From the sequence record PQ863253.1: 64,000 nucleotides of DNA, one strand, 5' to 3'. The notes under the pieces were generated by a model. The model saw only the letters and a list, made by a program, of their open reading frames with translations, ran no database searches and was not told the DNA's origin. The position numbers were made by a program, and so were the translations under genes. This stretch comes from Escherichia phage Ptacy1496. Shown here one piece after another: positions 32,557 through 43,367 of this stretch (its first letter is position 1; every line of letters begins with the position of its first letter).

Positions 32557-33735
32557 TTAAAAGTATTTTTTAAAACTCATCATAACTTTATCATCAACGT
32601 CATTATCAATCTGTGCTACAAGATAAGATGACAGTTCTACTTCTTGTGGCGCGGATTGAACATTATCAGAATTAAGATATTCACGAATCCAAGGATACGG
32701 ATGTTTAACCGGAGCATCGGTAATTGGGCATGGAAGACCACACTGTTTCATACGAGATACAGTTAAGTAATCAATAAAGCTCCACATGCTATTTGTATTT
32801 AATCCAGGAACATCGCCATCTTTAAATAAATGAACCGCCCAATCTTTTTCTTGGCGGTTAACTTCCATGAAAATATCAACTGCTTCTTGTTCACACTCTT
32901 GGGCAATTTTAACCCATTCATCGCCATCAGTGCCAAGTTGAAGTTGACGAATAATATATTGAGTACCTTTAAGGTGAAGTTGCTCATCGCGCGCAATGAA
33001 CTTCATAATCTTGGCATTACCTTCCATGATTTCCATGTTCTTATGGAAGTTAAAGGTACATGCGAAAGATACATAAAAACGAATAGCTTCCAATGCGTTG
33101 ATTACGTGCAGGCAGAGGTAAAGAGATTTCATTAGCTCACGCTTCCAATATGTCTCATGCTCAATAGCATCTTCAATAACGTCTTCGTCTGCATTAATTT
33201 CTTTTTGGTATTCGATATCAGCTTTAGCGTTTTCCCAATAACGAGTTTTAATTAGAACATCATCATAATAACGTCCAATTGATTCAGCACGTTTCATAAT
33301 AGCTTCATCTAGTACAATCTCATCAAATACCTTCGATGGATCAGTATAAAGATTTCGCATGATATGAGTATATGAACGGCTGTGAATAGTTTCACTAAAA
33401 GTCCATGTAGCAACCCATGTATCAAGACTTGGGTCTGAAATTAATGACATAAGTACAGCAGATGGCGCACGACCCTGAATGCTATCCAAAAGTGATTGAT
33501 ACTTCAAGTTATTAGTAAAAATATTCTGCTGATACTGAGGAAGTTTATTAAATTGTGCAGCATCCATCATTAAGTTTACTTCTTCCGGGCGCCAGAAGAA
33601 TGATAAAGACTTCTCAGTAAGTTCTTCAAATACTCTATGTCGTTGAATATCATAACGCGCAATACCAAGACCTGAACCAAAAAACATAGGTTCTTTTAAA
33701 ACATCAACTGGATTTGTATTAAAAACTGTAGACAT
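32557..33735 (-). CDS. nrdB: Ribonucleotide reductase small subunit, uninterrupted (no intron)
   Basis: 392 aa from MSTVF with GAGG RBS; continuous ORF. Confidence 0.93.
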   Translation of the reverse strand: MSTVFNTNPVDVLKEPMFFGSGLGIARYDIQRHRVFEELTEKSLSFFWRPEEVNLMMDAAQFNKLPQYQQNIFTNNLKYQSLLDSIQGRAPSAVLMSLISDPSLDTWVATWTFSETIHSRSYTHIMRNLYTDPSKVFDEIVLDEAIMKRAESIGRYYDDVLIKTRYWENAKADIEYQKEINADEDVIEDAIEHETYWKRELMKSLYLCLHVINALEAIRFYVSFACTFNFHKNMEIMEGNAKIMKFIARDEQLHLKGTQYIIRQLQLGTDGDEWVKIAQECEQEAVDIFMEVNRQEKDWAVHLFKDGDVPGLNTNSMWSFIDYLTVSRMKQCGLPCPITDAPVKHPYPWIREYLNSDNVQSAPQEVELSSYLVAQIDNDVDDKVMMSFKKYF

Positions 33736-34466
33736 TAATTTTTCCTCTTTAAAATTCTGCCGTGTTTCCAACCTGGCGGTATAATATCATCTTTACCTAT
33801 AAGCGTGCATTCACTTCCGTTATTAATCCATTTCTTACCGCGGATTCCTTTATAATCTCTTGGTTTTATTTTGTCAAACTTTGCATCAAGTTGATATGAC
33901 CATCTAAATCCATAAGCATATTGAAATTTACCCTCGGCACAATATTTGATATTTGACCCGTTTCCATTAACTGACCGGGACGCTGCCGCAATAGAGTGAA
34001 AGGTTTCTATGAAATCCCCATCTAATGAGAATTTATGTATTTCTACAGATGGGCACGCATATCTATTCACGTTAGATACATGCTGTTTAGTTTCGTTTTT
34101 ATGATGCTTGCCTAGCATCCCTTTAGGATGAGGATTATTTTTCCAATATTTCTTAAAGAACTCAGAATTAGCTTTAGCAAATAATTTTCTGTGTAAGCTG
34201 TACAATCTGTTATTAATTCTATTGCCAGCTTTATCTGTTGCCATTAACGTTAACGCAGAGGCAAGACCAAAATGACCTTCATTTATCTTACATAGTAATA
34301 GATGAGCTATAAAATGTTCTCTGGCTGTTAATTCAACTAAATTTTCCTTATCATCAGAACCTCCCATACATTTAGGGATTATATGATGTGTCTCTTTATA
34401 TTCTAGTAAAGATTCCCGAGCCTGAGCTCGGGAAATTAGGTCGTTATAGATTTTTTGATAATTCAT
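33735..34466 (-). CDS. mobE: HNH homing endonuclease (MobE-like), free-standing between nrdA and nrdB
   Basis: 243 aa; HNH motif HHIIPKCMGGSDDKENLVELTAREHFIAH; stop overlaps nrdB start (TAATG). Confidence 0.8.
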   Translation of the reverse strand: MNYQKIYNDLISRAQARESLLEYKETHHIIPKCMGGSDDKENLVELTAREHFIAHLLLCKINEGHFGLASALTLMATDKAGNRINNRLYSLHRKLFAKANSEFFKKYWKNNPHPKGMLGKHHKNETKQHVSNVNRYACPSVEIHKFSLDGDFIETFHSIAAASRSVNGNGSNIKYCAEGKFQYAYGFRWSYQLDAKFDKIKPRDYKGIRGKKWINNGSECTLIGKDDIIPPGWKHGRILKRKN

Positions 34467-36730
34467 TACAATTTACACGCTGCACAATCATCGGCTTTTG
34501 GAGTTTCTATTTCATAATCATCAGTACCGGAACCATCACGAGTATTATGATAATAGAAGTTTTTAATGCCATAATACCATCCGTATAGCATGTCATCAAT
34601 CATTACAGACATTGGAACCTTTCCTTTTGGAAAAATCTGCGGGTCATAGTATGTATTTGCTGAAGCTGATTGACATACCCATTTCAGCATAATAGCTACC
34701 TGCGTAAGATAAGGTTTATTACCTTTCTTAGCTAATTTCCATGTATAATCATAGAGGTCTATGTTATGCTCAATATTGGGCACGACTTGATTAAAGGAGC
34801 CCTCTTTTGATTCTTTAACAGAGACTGGTCCACGTGGAGGCTCGATACCGTTTGTACTGTTAGAAACTTGGGAAGATGACTCACATGGCATAAGTGCTGA
34901 TAATGTGCTATTACGGATGCCAAAGAGCTTAAGGTCTTCCCGCAGCGACGACCAGTCACAAACGTATTTTGGAGCTGCGATTTGGTCAATCTTTTTATTG
35001 TACCAGTCGATAGGTAATTCGCCTCGAGACCAACGAGTGTCTGAATAATATTCACAAGGTCCTTTTTCTTTGGCGAGTTTAATGGATGCTTTAATGAGTC
35101 CATACTGTAATCTCTCAAATAGTTCATGTGTTAAATCGTTAGCATCTTCATAAGAAGCAAAGTTACTTGCCAACCAAGCTGCATAGTTAGTAACACCTAC
35201 ACCGAGGTTACGACGCTTTTTAGCTTTTTCTGCTTCAGGAACTGGATATCCTTGGTAATCCAAAAGATTATCAAGAGCACGAACCTGGACTTCTGCCAAT
35301 TCATTAATTTTATCTTGGTCTTGCCAGTCAAAATTATCCAGTACGAATGCAGAGAGAGTACACAATCCAATTTCAGCATCAGGACTATTCACATCATTTG
35401 TTGGAATAGCAATTTCACAACACAAGTTGCTCTGACGAATAGGTGCCTTTTCACGAATAAACGGAGTATAGTTATTCGTATTATCTATGAACTGTACATA
35501 AATCCTTGCTGTTCCTGAGCGTTCAGTCATGAGTAATTCAAACAGTTCACGGGCTTTAATACGCTTTTTACGAATATTAGGGTCTTTTTCTGCGGCTTCG
35601 TATAATTCACGGAAACGGTCTTGGTCTTTAAAATAAGAATAATAAAGCTCGCCACCCATTTCATGCGGACTGAACAAAGTAATGTAATCGTTCTTTCCAA
35701 AACGTTCCATCATCAAATCATTCAGCTGAACACCATAATCCATATGACGAATGCGGTTTTCTTCTACGCCTTTGTTATTTTTCAAAACGAGAAGATTTTC
35801 AACTTCCAAATGCCAAATAGGATAATAAGCAGTAGCAGCGCCGCCACGAATTCCGCCCTGTGAACATGATTTAACAGCAGTCTGAAAATGTTTCCAAAAA
35901 GGAATAACACCAGTATGGCGTACTTCACCCATGCCAATCTTAGAACCTTCAGCACGAATCATACCAACGTTAATACCAATTCCAGCACGTTTGGAGATAT
36001 ATTCAACAATTGAAGCAGAAGCCTTATTAATAGACTTTAATGAATCACCTGCCTCAATAACAACGCATGAACTAAACTGCCGAGTTGGAGTACGACAACC
36101 AGCCATAATAGGAGTTGGTAATGAAATCTGTCGAGTAGATACTGCTTCATAAAAACGAATAACATGTTTTAATCTATCAACAGGTTCATCTTGATGCAAT
36201 GCCATTCCAATAGTCATAAATGCAAACTGCGGAGTTTCATAAATTTGACCAGTGGTTTTATCTTTAACTAAATATTTTTCTTTTAATTGCATCGCCCCGG
36301 AATAAGTAAATTCCATATCCCGCTCGTGCTTAATTTTTGATTCTAAAAATGTAATTTCTTCTGCTGAATATTTTGACAACAATTCAGGGTCATATTTACC
36401 TGCATTTACACAGTAAGAAATATGGTCAATAAATGAACGTGGTTCATACTGCCCATAAACATGCTTACGAAGAGCAAACATTAAACAGCGTGCAGCTACA
36501 TATTGATAATCAGGTTCTTCAACCGAAATAGAATTCGCAGCAGCCTTAATGACAATAGTCTGAATATCATCAGTTGTCATTCCATCACGGAGATAAGATT
36601 TAATATTTTCATATAATTCATAAGGATCTACTGATGTTCCTTCAGCTGCCCAAGATAAAACTTTAATAATTTTTTGTGGGTCAAAGCTCTGAGAAACACC
36701 ACTACTTTTGATAACATTAATTAATTGCAT
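34466..36730 (-). CDS. nrdA: Ribonucleotide reductase large subunit
   Basis: 754 aa; ATP-cone N-terminus and class I RNR catalytic core. Confidence 0.95.
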   Translation of the reverse strand: MQLINVIKSSGVSQSFDPQKIIKVLSWAAEGTSVDPYELYENIKSYLRDGMTTDDIQTIVIKAAANSISVEEPDYQYVAARCLMFALRKHVYGQYEPRSFIDHISYCVNAGKYDPELLSKYSAEEITFLESKIKHERDMEFTYSGAMQLKEKYLVKDKTTGQIYETPQFAFMTIGMALHQDEPVDRLKHVIRFYEAVSTRQISLPTPIMAGCRTPTRQFSSCVVIEAGDSLKSINKASASIVEYISKRAGIGINVGMIRAEGSKIGMGEVRHTGVIPFWKHFQTAVKSCSQGGIRGGAATAYYPIWHLEVENLLVLKNNKGVEENRIRHMDYGVQLNDLMMERFGKNDYITLFSPHEMGGELYYSYFKDQDRFRELYEAAEKDPNIRKKRIKARELFELLMTERSGTARIYVQFIDNTNNYTPFIREKAPIRQSNLCCEIAIPTNDVNSPDAEIGLCTLSAFVLDNFDWQDQDKINELAEVQVRALDNLLDYQGYPVPEAEKAKKRRNLGVGVTNYAAWLASNFASYEDANDLTHELFERLQYGLIKASIKLAKEKGPCEYYSDTRWSRGELPIDWYNKKIDQIAAPKYVCDWSSLREDLKLFGIRNSTLSALMPCESSSQVSNSTNGIEPPRGPVSVKESKEGSFNQVVPNIEHNIDLYDYTWKLAKKGNKPYLTQVAIMLKWVCQSASANTYYDPQIFPKGKVPMSVMIDDMLYGWYYGIKNFYYHNTRDGSGTDDYEIETPKADDCAACKL

Positions 36731-37047
36731 AAGTCCTCAACTTGAAAATCGTCTTTAAACAATCGGTTAACTATATGAGCTATTATATCACCATGACACG
36801 GCTTTGGTTTACATGTGCATCCTAGCCTCATTCCACGTAAAGGCTCTAAATGTGCTTTAGTTATTTCTCCGGATTTAATTCGACGTATAAAATCTTTTTT
36901 GAATAATTCAATGGCAGCCTCCCGGCTGCCAGCATCTTTACCGACGTAATTTCCCCAAAATGTACCACGGTGAATATTAACATCAAAGTCGGATTTATAT
37001 TTATTCACTACCCGACATAGACGGCCCGCGCGGTGATAATTCGGCAT
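36721..37047 (-). CDS. Hypothetical Cys/His-containing protein (nrdA.1 position)
   Basis: 108 aa; CxC...CH motif; overlaps nrdA start. Confidence 0.55.
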   Translation of the reverse strand: MPNYHRAGRLCRVVNKYKSDFDVNIHRGTFWGNYVGKDAGSREAAIELFKKDFIRRIKSGEITKAHLEPLRGMRLGCTCKPKPCHGDIIAHIVNRLFKDDFQVEDLCN

Positions 37048-37276
37048 ATTGTTTTTCCGTTAAAACAGTAATATCATAATAACAGTCAGAAGAAATTTTA
37101 ATGGTGGAAACTTTATTATCAAAATACTCACGGGTCATTTTATGAGTATAATATTTTTTGCCATAAATGATAATAGGCTGATTTGGTCCTGGAACTTCTA
37201 ACTCGCTTGGGTTAGGAAGTGTAAAAAGAACAACGTCAGAAGTATCTTTAAATCGTAAAATCATAAATCCTCGCAA
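37001..37276 (-). CDS. Hypothetical protein (nrdA.2 position)
   Basis: 91 aa ORF overlapping next ORF by 47 nt in another frame. Confidence 0.5.
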   Translation of the reverse strand: MRGFMILRFKDTSDVVLFTLPNPSELEVPGPNQPIIIYGKKYYTHKMTREYFDNKVSTIKISSDCYYDITVLTEKQYAELSPRGPSMSGSE

Positions 37277-37284
37277 TAATAAAA

Positions 37285-38145
37285 TTATACCGCCATCTTT
37301 CCTTTAATTGGCGGGTGAGATACATAGTCGTTAAGAACAAAATTATGCGGCTTTGCGAATTGACTCAACCAAAATACCTGTGATTCTGTGTCCCATTCAT
37401 CAAATTCATCTGGGAATTTTAATTGTAATTCGCATAAATCCATAGGTTCACGACGCAAAATTTCTTTACATTGTTCTACGTGATTCATATAGATATGAGT
37501 ATTACCGCCAGAAAATATCAAATCTCCCGGAATAAGATTACATATCTTAGCTACAATATGAACTAACGCAGCATATGATGCAATATTAAATGGAAGACCG
37601 AGGAAAACATCTACTGATCGTTGATACCACTGAAGGTCAAGGTATCCATTACGAACATTAAATTGATAGAACATATGACAAGGTGGTAATGCCATCTGCT
37701 TGAGTTCAGCTGGATTCCATGCTGAAACAATTTGACGCCTATCATTTGGCAGTTTTTTAATACGATCAATAACTTCTATAATTTGGTCTACACCACCAAA
37801 ATCACGCCACTGTTTTCCATAAATTGGACCAAGTTCACCGCTATGGTATCCTAAATCTTTTGCTTGATTTTCGTAATTTTCATCCCAAACTGTTTTGCCT
37901 TGGATTAACGAATCATGTTGAATTAATCGCAAATCATTGACATTTGTGCTTCCCGATAAAAACCATATTAGCTCAGCAATGCAAGCTTTCCAGGCGAGCT
38001 TCTTAGTTGTTACTGCAGGAAAACCTTTAGTTAAATCCCAGCGTAATTTAGTACCGAACAAAGCAATTGTTCCTGTGCCCGTTCGGTCATCGGTTTCATA
38101 GCCATTTTCAAAAATGTCTTTAATTAAATCTTGGTATTGTTTCAT
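37285..38145 (-). CDS. td: Thymidylate synthase, uninterrupted (no group I intron)
   Basis: 286 aa continuous ORF with conserved TS active-site region (PPCH). Confidence 0.95.
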   Translation of the reverse strand: MKQYQDLIKDIFENGYETDDRTGTGTIALFGTKLRWDLTKGFPAVTTKKLAWKACIAELIWFLSGSTNVNDLRLIQHDSLIQGKTVWDENYENQAKDLGYHSGELGPIYGKQWRDFGGVDQIIEVIDRIKKLPNDRRQIVSAWNPAELKQMALPPCHMFYQFNVRNGYLDLQWYQRSVDVFLGLPFNIASYAALVHIVAKICNLIPGDLIFSGGNTHIYMNHVEQCKEILRREPMDLCELQLKFPDEFDEWDTESQVFWLSQFAKPHNFVLNDYVSHPPIKGKMAV

Positions 38146-38190
38146 TTAGTACCTTATATAAATTATAATACATTTTATGAAGCTAAATAA

Positions 38191-38550
38191 TCAATACGGT
38201 TTAGCATCAAATTTTCTCTCAATTTCAGGCGTGAAATATAATTCTTTACCGCGTTTGGAAAAGCGACCAATAATATGATAATTATTCTCATCAAACGTGA
38301 TATTACCAATATCCATAGCTTTCAACCAAATATCGATATTTCTATCCAGCTTTATGTCAAAATTCCAATACGGAGAACTATTACCGAAAATACTGCAAGC
38401 GGATTCAGTGAAACAACTGCTATAAATCTTGTCTTTAGGAACTACTAATTGATAGACACCTTTAATAAACTGAGGACCCTGCCACTTTGGCTGTTTCGCG
38501 TCTTTTTCTAATAAAATAGGGTAATAATTAAAATTCATATTTTCCGCCAC
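38191..38550 (-). CDS. Hypothetical protein inserted between frd and td (115-119 aa; first ATG at 38538, ORF track start 38550 is GTG)
   Basis: Complete ORF filling the 413 bp between frd stop and td start. Confidence 0.6.
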   Translation of the reverse strand: MAENMNFNYYPILLEKDAKQPKWQGPQFIKGVYQLVVPKDKIYSSCFTESACSIFGNSSPYWNFDIKLDRNIDIWLKAMDIGNITFDENNYHIIGRFSKRGKELYFTPEIERKFDAKPY

Positions 38551-38558
38551 GCGTTATT

Positions 38559-39385
<827 letters not shown>

Positions 39386-39396
39386 TTTATCTCCTA

Positions 39397-39729
39397 TTAA
39401 AAAGGATCAGGAACATATCCACTAGCTTTAATCATTTTAATTAACGTTAACATTCCTTTATTAACTGCTAGTGAAATTTCATCAAAAACTTCATCACTAA
39501 AAAGTTCTAACACGCCCTTTTGAACTTTTAGTTTACAGCCAACAATTTCGTCATCGCCTATAGTAAATTCGTTTCCGCCAATTCCACCGAAAAACTTAAT
39601 TACACCAGTTAACTGTCTTCCACGAGAATATGGGTCGTGTGATAAAGTAATGTGAGTCACCCCAGATACAGTTTTAAATTGGCAGCGGATGTTTACTTGA
39701 GCAATTCCAGTTACATGAATGTCAGACAT
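39397..39729 (-). CDS. Hypothetical protein
   Basis: 110 aa ORF. Confidence 0.55.
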   Translation of the reverse strand: MSDIHVTGIAQVNIRCQFKTVSGVTHITLSHDPYSRGRQLTGVIKFFGGIGGNEFTIGDDEIVGCKLKVQKGVLELFSDEVFDEISLAVNKGMLTLIKMIKASGYVPDPF

Positions 39730-39739
39730 AATATTTTCC

Positions 39740-40039
39740 TCAAACAGACTTTTTCACAATTTTCCAATCAGCTTTAAACTGATCAACGTCAGAATGGTAA
39801 ATCCAGAATCCTGCGCTTTCTCCATCCTCATAAAGAGGGCATCCATCACATTCATCTTCCCATCCCATGTCACGCAAAAGACGTTCAGCTTTTTCAACAA
39901 GTTCAGAATCTTTACCGATGATATTAAAATACCATTTACCTCTAACTTCTGAATCTTTGATGCTCTGGCGTTGTAATCTCATTTTATTCTCCTTAGTTGA
40001 TAAGGCTATAGTATCACTACCATAGCCTGTTGTAAACAA
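39740..40039 (-). CDS. Hypothetical protein
   Basis: 99 aa ORF. Confidence 0.55.
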   Translation of the reverse strand: MFTTGYGSDTIALSTKENKMRLQRQSIKDSEVRGKWYFNIIGKDSELVEKAERLLRDMGWEDECDGCPLYEDGESAGFWIYHSDVDQFKADWKIVKKSV

Positions 40040-40342
40040 TTATTTTTGAATTTTATCGAGCCACTTACCAAGCTTAATCATTTCTTTAGTAGCCTTTTCC
40101 ATACTTCTGAACTTAACCAATAGAGGATAGGTATCGACACCCATAACTAAACTGGTTACAAGACTGTGTTCACCCACAAGCCATAACGAATACGTTTGAA
40201 TATCGAGCCCGTAATTTCTGTCTTTATGGACCCGTACACCCATCACTTCAAATTTCTCACTAGCTTTTTCTACCGCATCCAGGAAATCATCTTTAGTCAT
40301 ATTAGGCCTTAAAAGTTTTTCGCAAAAGTTCAATGATTTCAT
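40040..40342 (-). CDS. Hypothetical protein (start uncertain)
   Basis: 100 aa ORF; 5' end overlaps upstream ORF. Confidence 0.5.
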   Translation of the reverse strand: MKSLNFCEKLLRPNMTKDDFLDAVEKASEKFEVMGVRVHKDRNYGLDIQTYSLWLVGEHSLVTSLVMGVDTYPLLVKFRSMEKATKEMIKLGKWLDKIQK

Positions 40343-40688
40343 CTACATTGTTTTCGTCAACAATGCAGTGAATTTTTGTTACGCCAGAAACCTTGTCTTT
40401 AACTTCATCCTCTTCAGAAGTCGGTTCTTTATATTCGCGGAAACAATAAAACTCTTCTTCACTAAGTTCAAAATAATCATCACCCATACCATCATCATTA
40501 TAGATTTCACCATTAGCACAAATGATTTCGGTTACATAATCAAAGCCATCTAAACTTGATATTGATTTAACTTCAAACCAACCACCATTTTCTTGAATGA
40601 TGCCGACCATACTAGCATTTGATGAACTAATATCAATGAAAGATTTAATACGATGTGGATTTAACTCGTATTTTTTGCCGATTTCCAT
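40302..40688 (-). CDS. Hypothetical acidic protein
   Basis: Start placed at ATG 40688 with GAGG RBS. Confidence 0.5.
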   Translation of the reverse strand: MEIGKKYELNPHRIKSFIDISSSNASMVGIIQENGGWFEVKSISSLDGFDYVTEIICANGEIYNDDGMGDDYFELSEEEFYCFREYKEPTSEEDEVKDKVSGVTKIHCIVDENNVDEIIELLRKTFKA

Positions 40689-40733
40689 TTTGATTTTCCT
40701 CATTTTAATAGGGGCTTGATAGCCCCTTGATAA

Positions 40734-40964
40734 TTATTGTTCAATCAGTCCCATGTAAAATTCTGCGTCTTCAGAATCCATGCCATCACAATATTCATTA
40801 GCCATAAAGCGGGTGAGGTCTTCAAGAGGACCTTCAATGACAATAGAAAAATTGCAATAATTGGGATCATCGTGAATACTTGTGATACTAAGTTCAGGAT
40901 AACGATTACGAATAATTTCTTCAATATATTCAAAATCAACGATGTCAATATCAACTTTAGCCAT
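40734..40964 (-). CDS. Hypothetical protein, 76 aa, expressed from promoter cassette at 40999-41087
   Basis: Start at MAKVDIDIV with GAGG RBS directly downstream of early promoter. Confidence 0.55.
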   Translation of the reverse strand: MAKVDIDIVDFEYIEEIIRNRYPELSITSIHDDPNYCNFSIVIEGPLEDLTRFMANEYCDGMDSEDAEFYMGLIEQ

Positions 40965-40998
40965 ATTATTTTCCTCTTTAATTATCAGCAGTATTGCC

Positions 40999-41087
40999 GA
41001 TAGTTGTATAGTACAATGGAATGACAAGGATGTAAACCGTTTTGTGAAAAAATTTTTGAAATAAAAAAGGGGACCTCTAGGGTCCCC
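40999..41087 (-). promoter_or_regulatory. Terminator plus early promoter cassette (PeSL-like): GGGGACC stem-loop with U-run, A/T-rich UP region, -35 GTTTACA, -10 TACTAT
   Basis: Hairpin at 41069-41086 terminates gene 32 transcript; promoter motifs with 17 nt spacer; about 57 bp identical to 58268-58340 outside the spacer. Confidence 0.65.
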
Positions 41088-41109
41088 AATTAATTAGTAA
41101 TATAATCTA

Positions 41110-42015
41110 TTAAAGGTCATTCAAAAGGTCATCTAGGTCCGTGTCATCAGCACTAGATGAACTGCCAGAGCTTGAGCTCATAAAATCATCTTCAGTTTTT
41201 GTATTGAAGTCATCAACATTGAATGCATCCAAATCATCAGCAACTTTATCAGCTTTCTTAGCAGCAGTTGCAGCAGCACCGCCCATCACAGCAGTTCCCA
41301 TAACTTGACCGAATTTAGTATTCAGTTCTTCAAATGATTTGAATTTATCTTTAGAAGTCATTTCAGAAAGGTCAACCATTTGTTCGAACAGTTCTTTCTG
41401 GAAAGATTCATCATCAATGTTTGGAATCGCAGATTGATTCAGGAATTTAGATTCATCGTAGTTACTAAATCCGGAAACTTGTTTAACTTTCAGTACAAAG
41501 TTAGCACCTTCCCACGGACAAGTTACATCAACCGGAGTTTCACCCATTTCAACATCAACCGCAATCATTGCATTGATTTTATCCCAGATTTTCTTACCGA
41601 AACGATATTTAAATACTTTACCTTCATTTTCTGGAGCAGCTGGGTCTTTTACAACAAGAATATTAGCCCAGTAAGAAGTTTTACGTTTAACAAGACTGTA
41701 CTCTTTATTGTCAGTGTTGTACAGATCATTTTTACTGATGTACTGACATACTGGGCAAGAATCGTAATCACCATGGGTAGATGAACATGTTTCAATATAC
41801 CATTTACCATTTTTCTTGAAACCGTGATTTACAAGAATTGCGAATGGTGCTTGTTCATCATTTTTAGACGGAAGAAAACGAATTACTGCTTGACCGTTAC
41901 CCGCATTATCGAGTTTCAGTTTCCACTCGCCTTTATCTTCAGAAGAAAAACCTTTATTGCCATTCAGTTTAGCCATTTGTGCAGCAAGTTCAGCAGTAGA
42001 TTTACGTTTAAACAT
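41110..42015 (-). CDS. 32: Single-stranded DNA-binding protein gp32
   Basis: 301 aa; recognised as T4 gp32 including acidic C-terminal tail. Confidence 0.96.
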
Positions 42016-42095
42016 TTTATTTCCTTTTTAATTTAATTTAATTTAATTTAATTAACAGTTGGTGCTATGACACTTTACCTCATAGCTGGCATAAT
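42016..42095 (-). promoter_or_regulatory. Gene 32 autoregulatory translational operator: (UUAAA)n unstructured tract plus upstream pseudoknot-forming region
   Basis: mRNA-sense AAUUAAAUUAAAUUAAAUUAAA directly 5' of the 32 RBS, preceded by GUGCUAUGAGGUAAAGUGUCAUAGCACC. Confidence 0.75.
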
Positions 42096-42712
42096 TCGCA
42101 ATACTCTGGGTCTTCGAGAGGTATCCAACCTAAGTTGAAATACTTTACCATCGATTTAGCAGTTGTATCAGTTATATTTATATTACCTTTAACTCTTCGC
42201 CATCCAGGAGTTTTACCGTACAGATTAGAGGATAATAATAACACATAATTCTCGTAAGCAATATGAGATAATTTCCAAGACTCTATATTAGCTCGTGATG
42301 TTTTCCAAGGTCTAAAATCGTCACGGTTCATATAATTAGCCAATCTCATATGCTCTCTAACTTCCGGGTCTTTGGCTGGATGAGTTTCACCACTCACACC
42401 AAATCCACCACCAGCATATACCAGATTAAAATAGTCTGGATTATCTCTTGCATTTACTTCAAGTTGGTATTTTCGTTCTGCTTCAATAACATCCAAGTCA
42501 TCATCAATTTGAATTATTTTAACGCTCGGTTTTTGAAGCATTAGCGCATTCAAAAATCTTTTTTGTTTACATGAGCTCCAGTATTCCTTTCCGGAAGAGT
42601 CATATATTATTCCGTTCTCAAATGAGCAATTTAATTTACTACCGATATAATAGTATGGCGGAGTCTTATTTTTGACACGGTCTTCAAATGTAAACCAATA
42701 TACTATATTCAT
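42080..42712 (-). CDS. segG: GIY-YIG homing endonuclease (SegG-like)
   Basis: 210 aa; N-terminal GIY-YIG-like motif (IVYWF ... YYIGSK); position between 32 and 59. Confidence 0.7.
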   Translation of the reverse strand: MNIVYWFTFEDRVKNKTPPYYYIGSKLNCSFENGIIYDSSGKEYWSSCKQKRFLNALMLQKPSVKIIQIDDDLDVIEAERKYQLEVNARDNPDYFNLVYAGGGFGVSGETHPAKDPEVREHMRLANYMNRDDFRPWKTSRANIESWKLSHIAYENYVLLLSSNLYGKTPGWRRVKGNINITDTTAKSMVKYFNLGWIPLEDPEYCELCQL

Positions 42713-42713
42713 A

Positions 42714-43367
42714 TCAATACTTGCAAGATTTCACAGTTTCAATGAAAACACTTTTAGCTTTCTGTGAATCAATATTTAAAATTTTTCTATAAGCCTTTAA
42801 CTTTATAGAATAATTATTCCAGACTAAATTATCAGTCTGTTCATCATGTTTATCAATTATATTTAAAAACGAATCAAGCAAGATAAACGTCTCAAACGAA
42901 ATTATGTTCGATTGAAGTAGTTTAAAAATATAACTTGATTGAACTTTTGGATTATATTCAAAAATTTCTTTAAAAGCAGAAACTTCAACTTTTTTACTGA
43001 AATAGTAAATGTTGCGAATATCTTCTTCAAACTTAAATTTAATTTGCTTCAAGCGTCCGATATATTCACGATAAAACACAAGTGCATCAGCGTCAGAGAT
43101 GTCACCAATCCAAGCATCTTGGTTAGCTACAAGATTGCTAATAAAAATTAAAGTTAATTCTTTTAATTTATACTTTTCTGATAGCTTTTGGAAAAAATAC
43201 TTATCCCTTCGCTTTTGATAAGCGGCATCAGACACCCGCATGCACCAATTATACTTAATTACATCATACTTTCCATTCATATGTTGTTTTATCATTAAGT
43301 ATAATTTATAAACTGATTTACCATCAATGTATCTTTCACCACCAGCAGGCATGCGGAGTTTAATCAT
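42714..43367 (-). CDS. 59: Helicase loader gp59
   Basis: 217 aa; recognised as T4 gp59. Confidence 0.93.
   Translation of the reverse strand: MIKLRMPAGGERYIDGKSVYKLYLMIKQHMNGKYDVIKYNWCMRVSDAAYQKRRDKYFFQKLSEKYKLKELTLIFISNLVANQDAWIGDISDADALVFYREYIGRLKQIKFKFEEDIRNIYYFSKKVEVSAFKEIFEYNPKVQSSYIFKLLQSNIISFETFILLDSFLNIIDKHDEQTDNLVWNNYSIKLKAYRKILNIDSQKAKSVFIETVKSCKY

Noticed and set aside
37285-38145. Possible td intron with embedded homing endonuclease
   Set aside because: td is a single uninterrupted 286-aa ORF; no intervening sequence.
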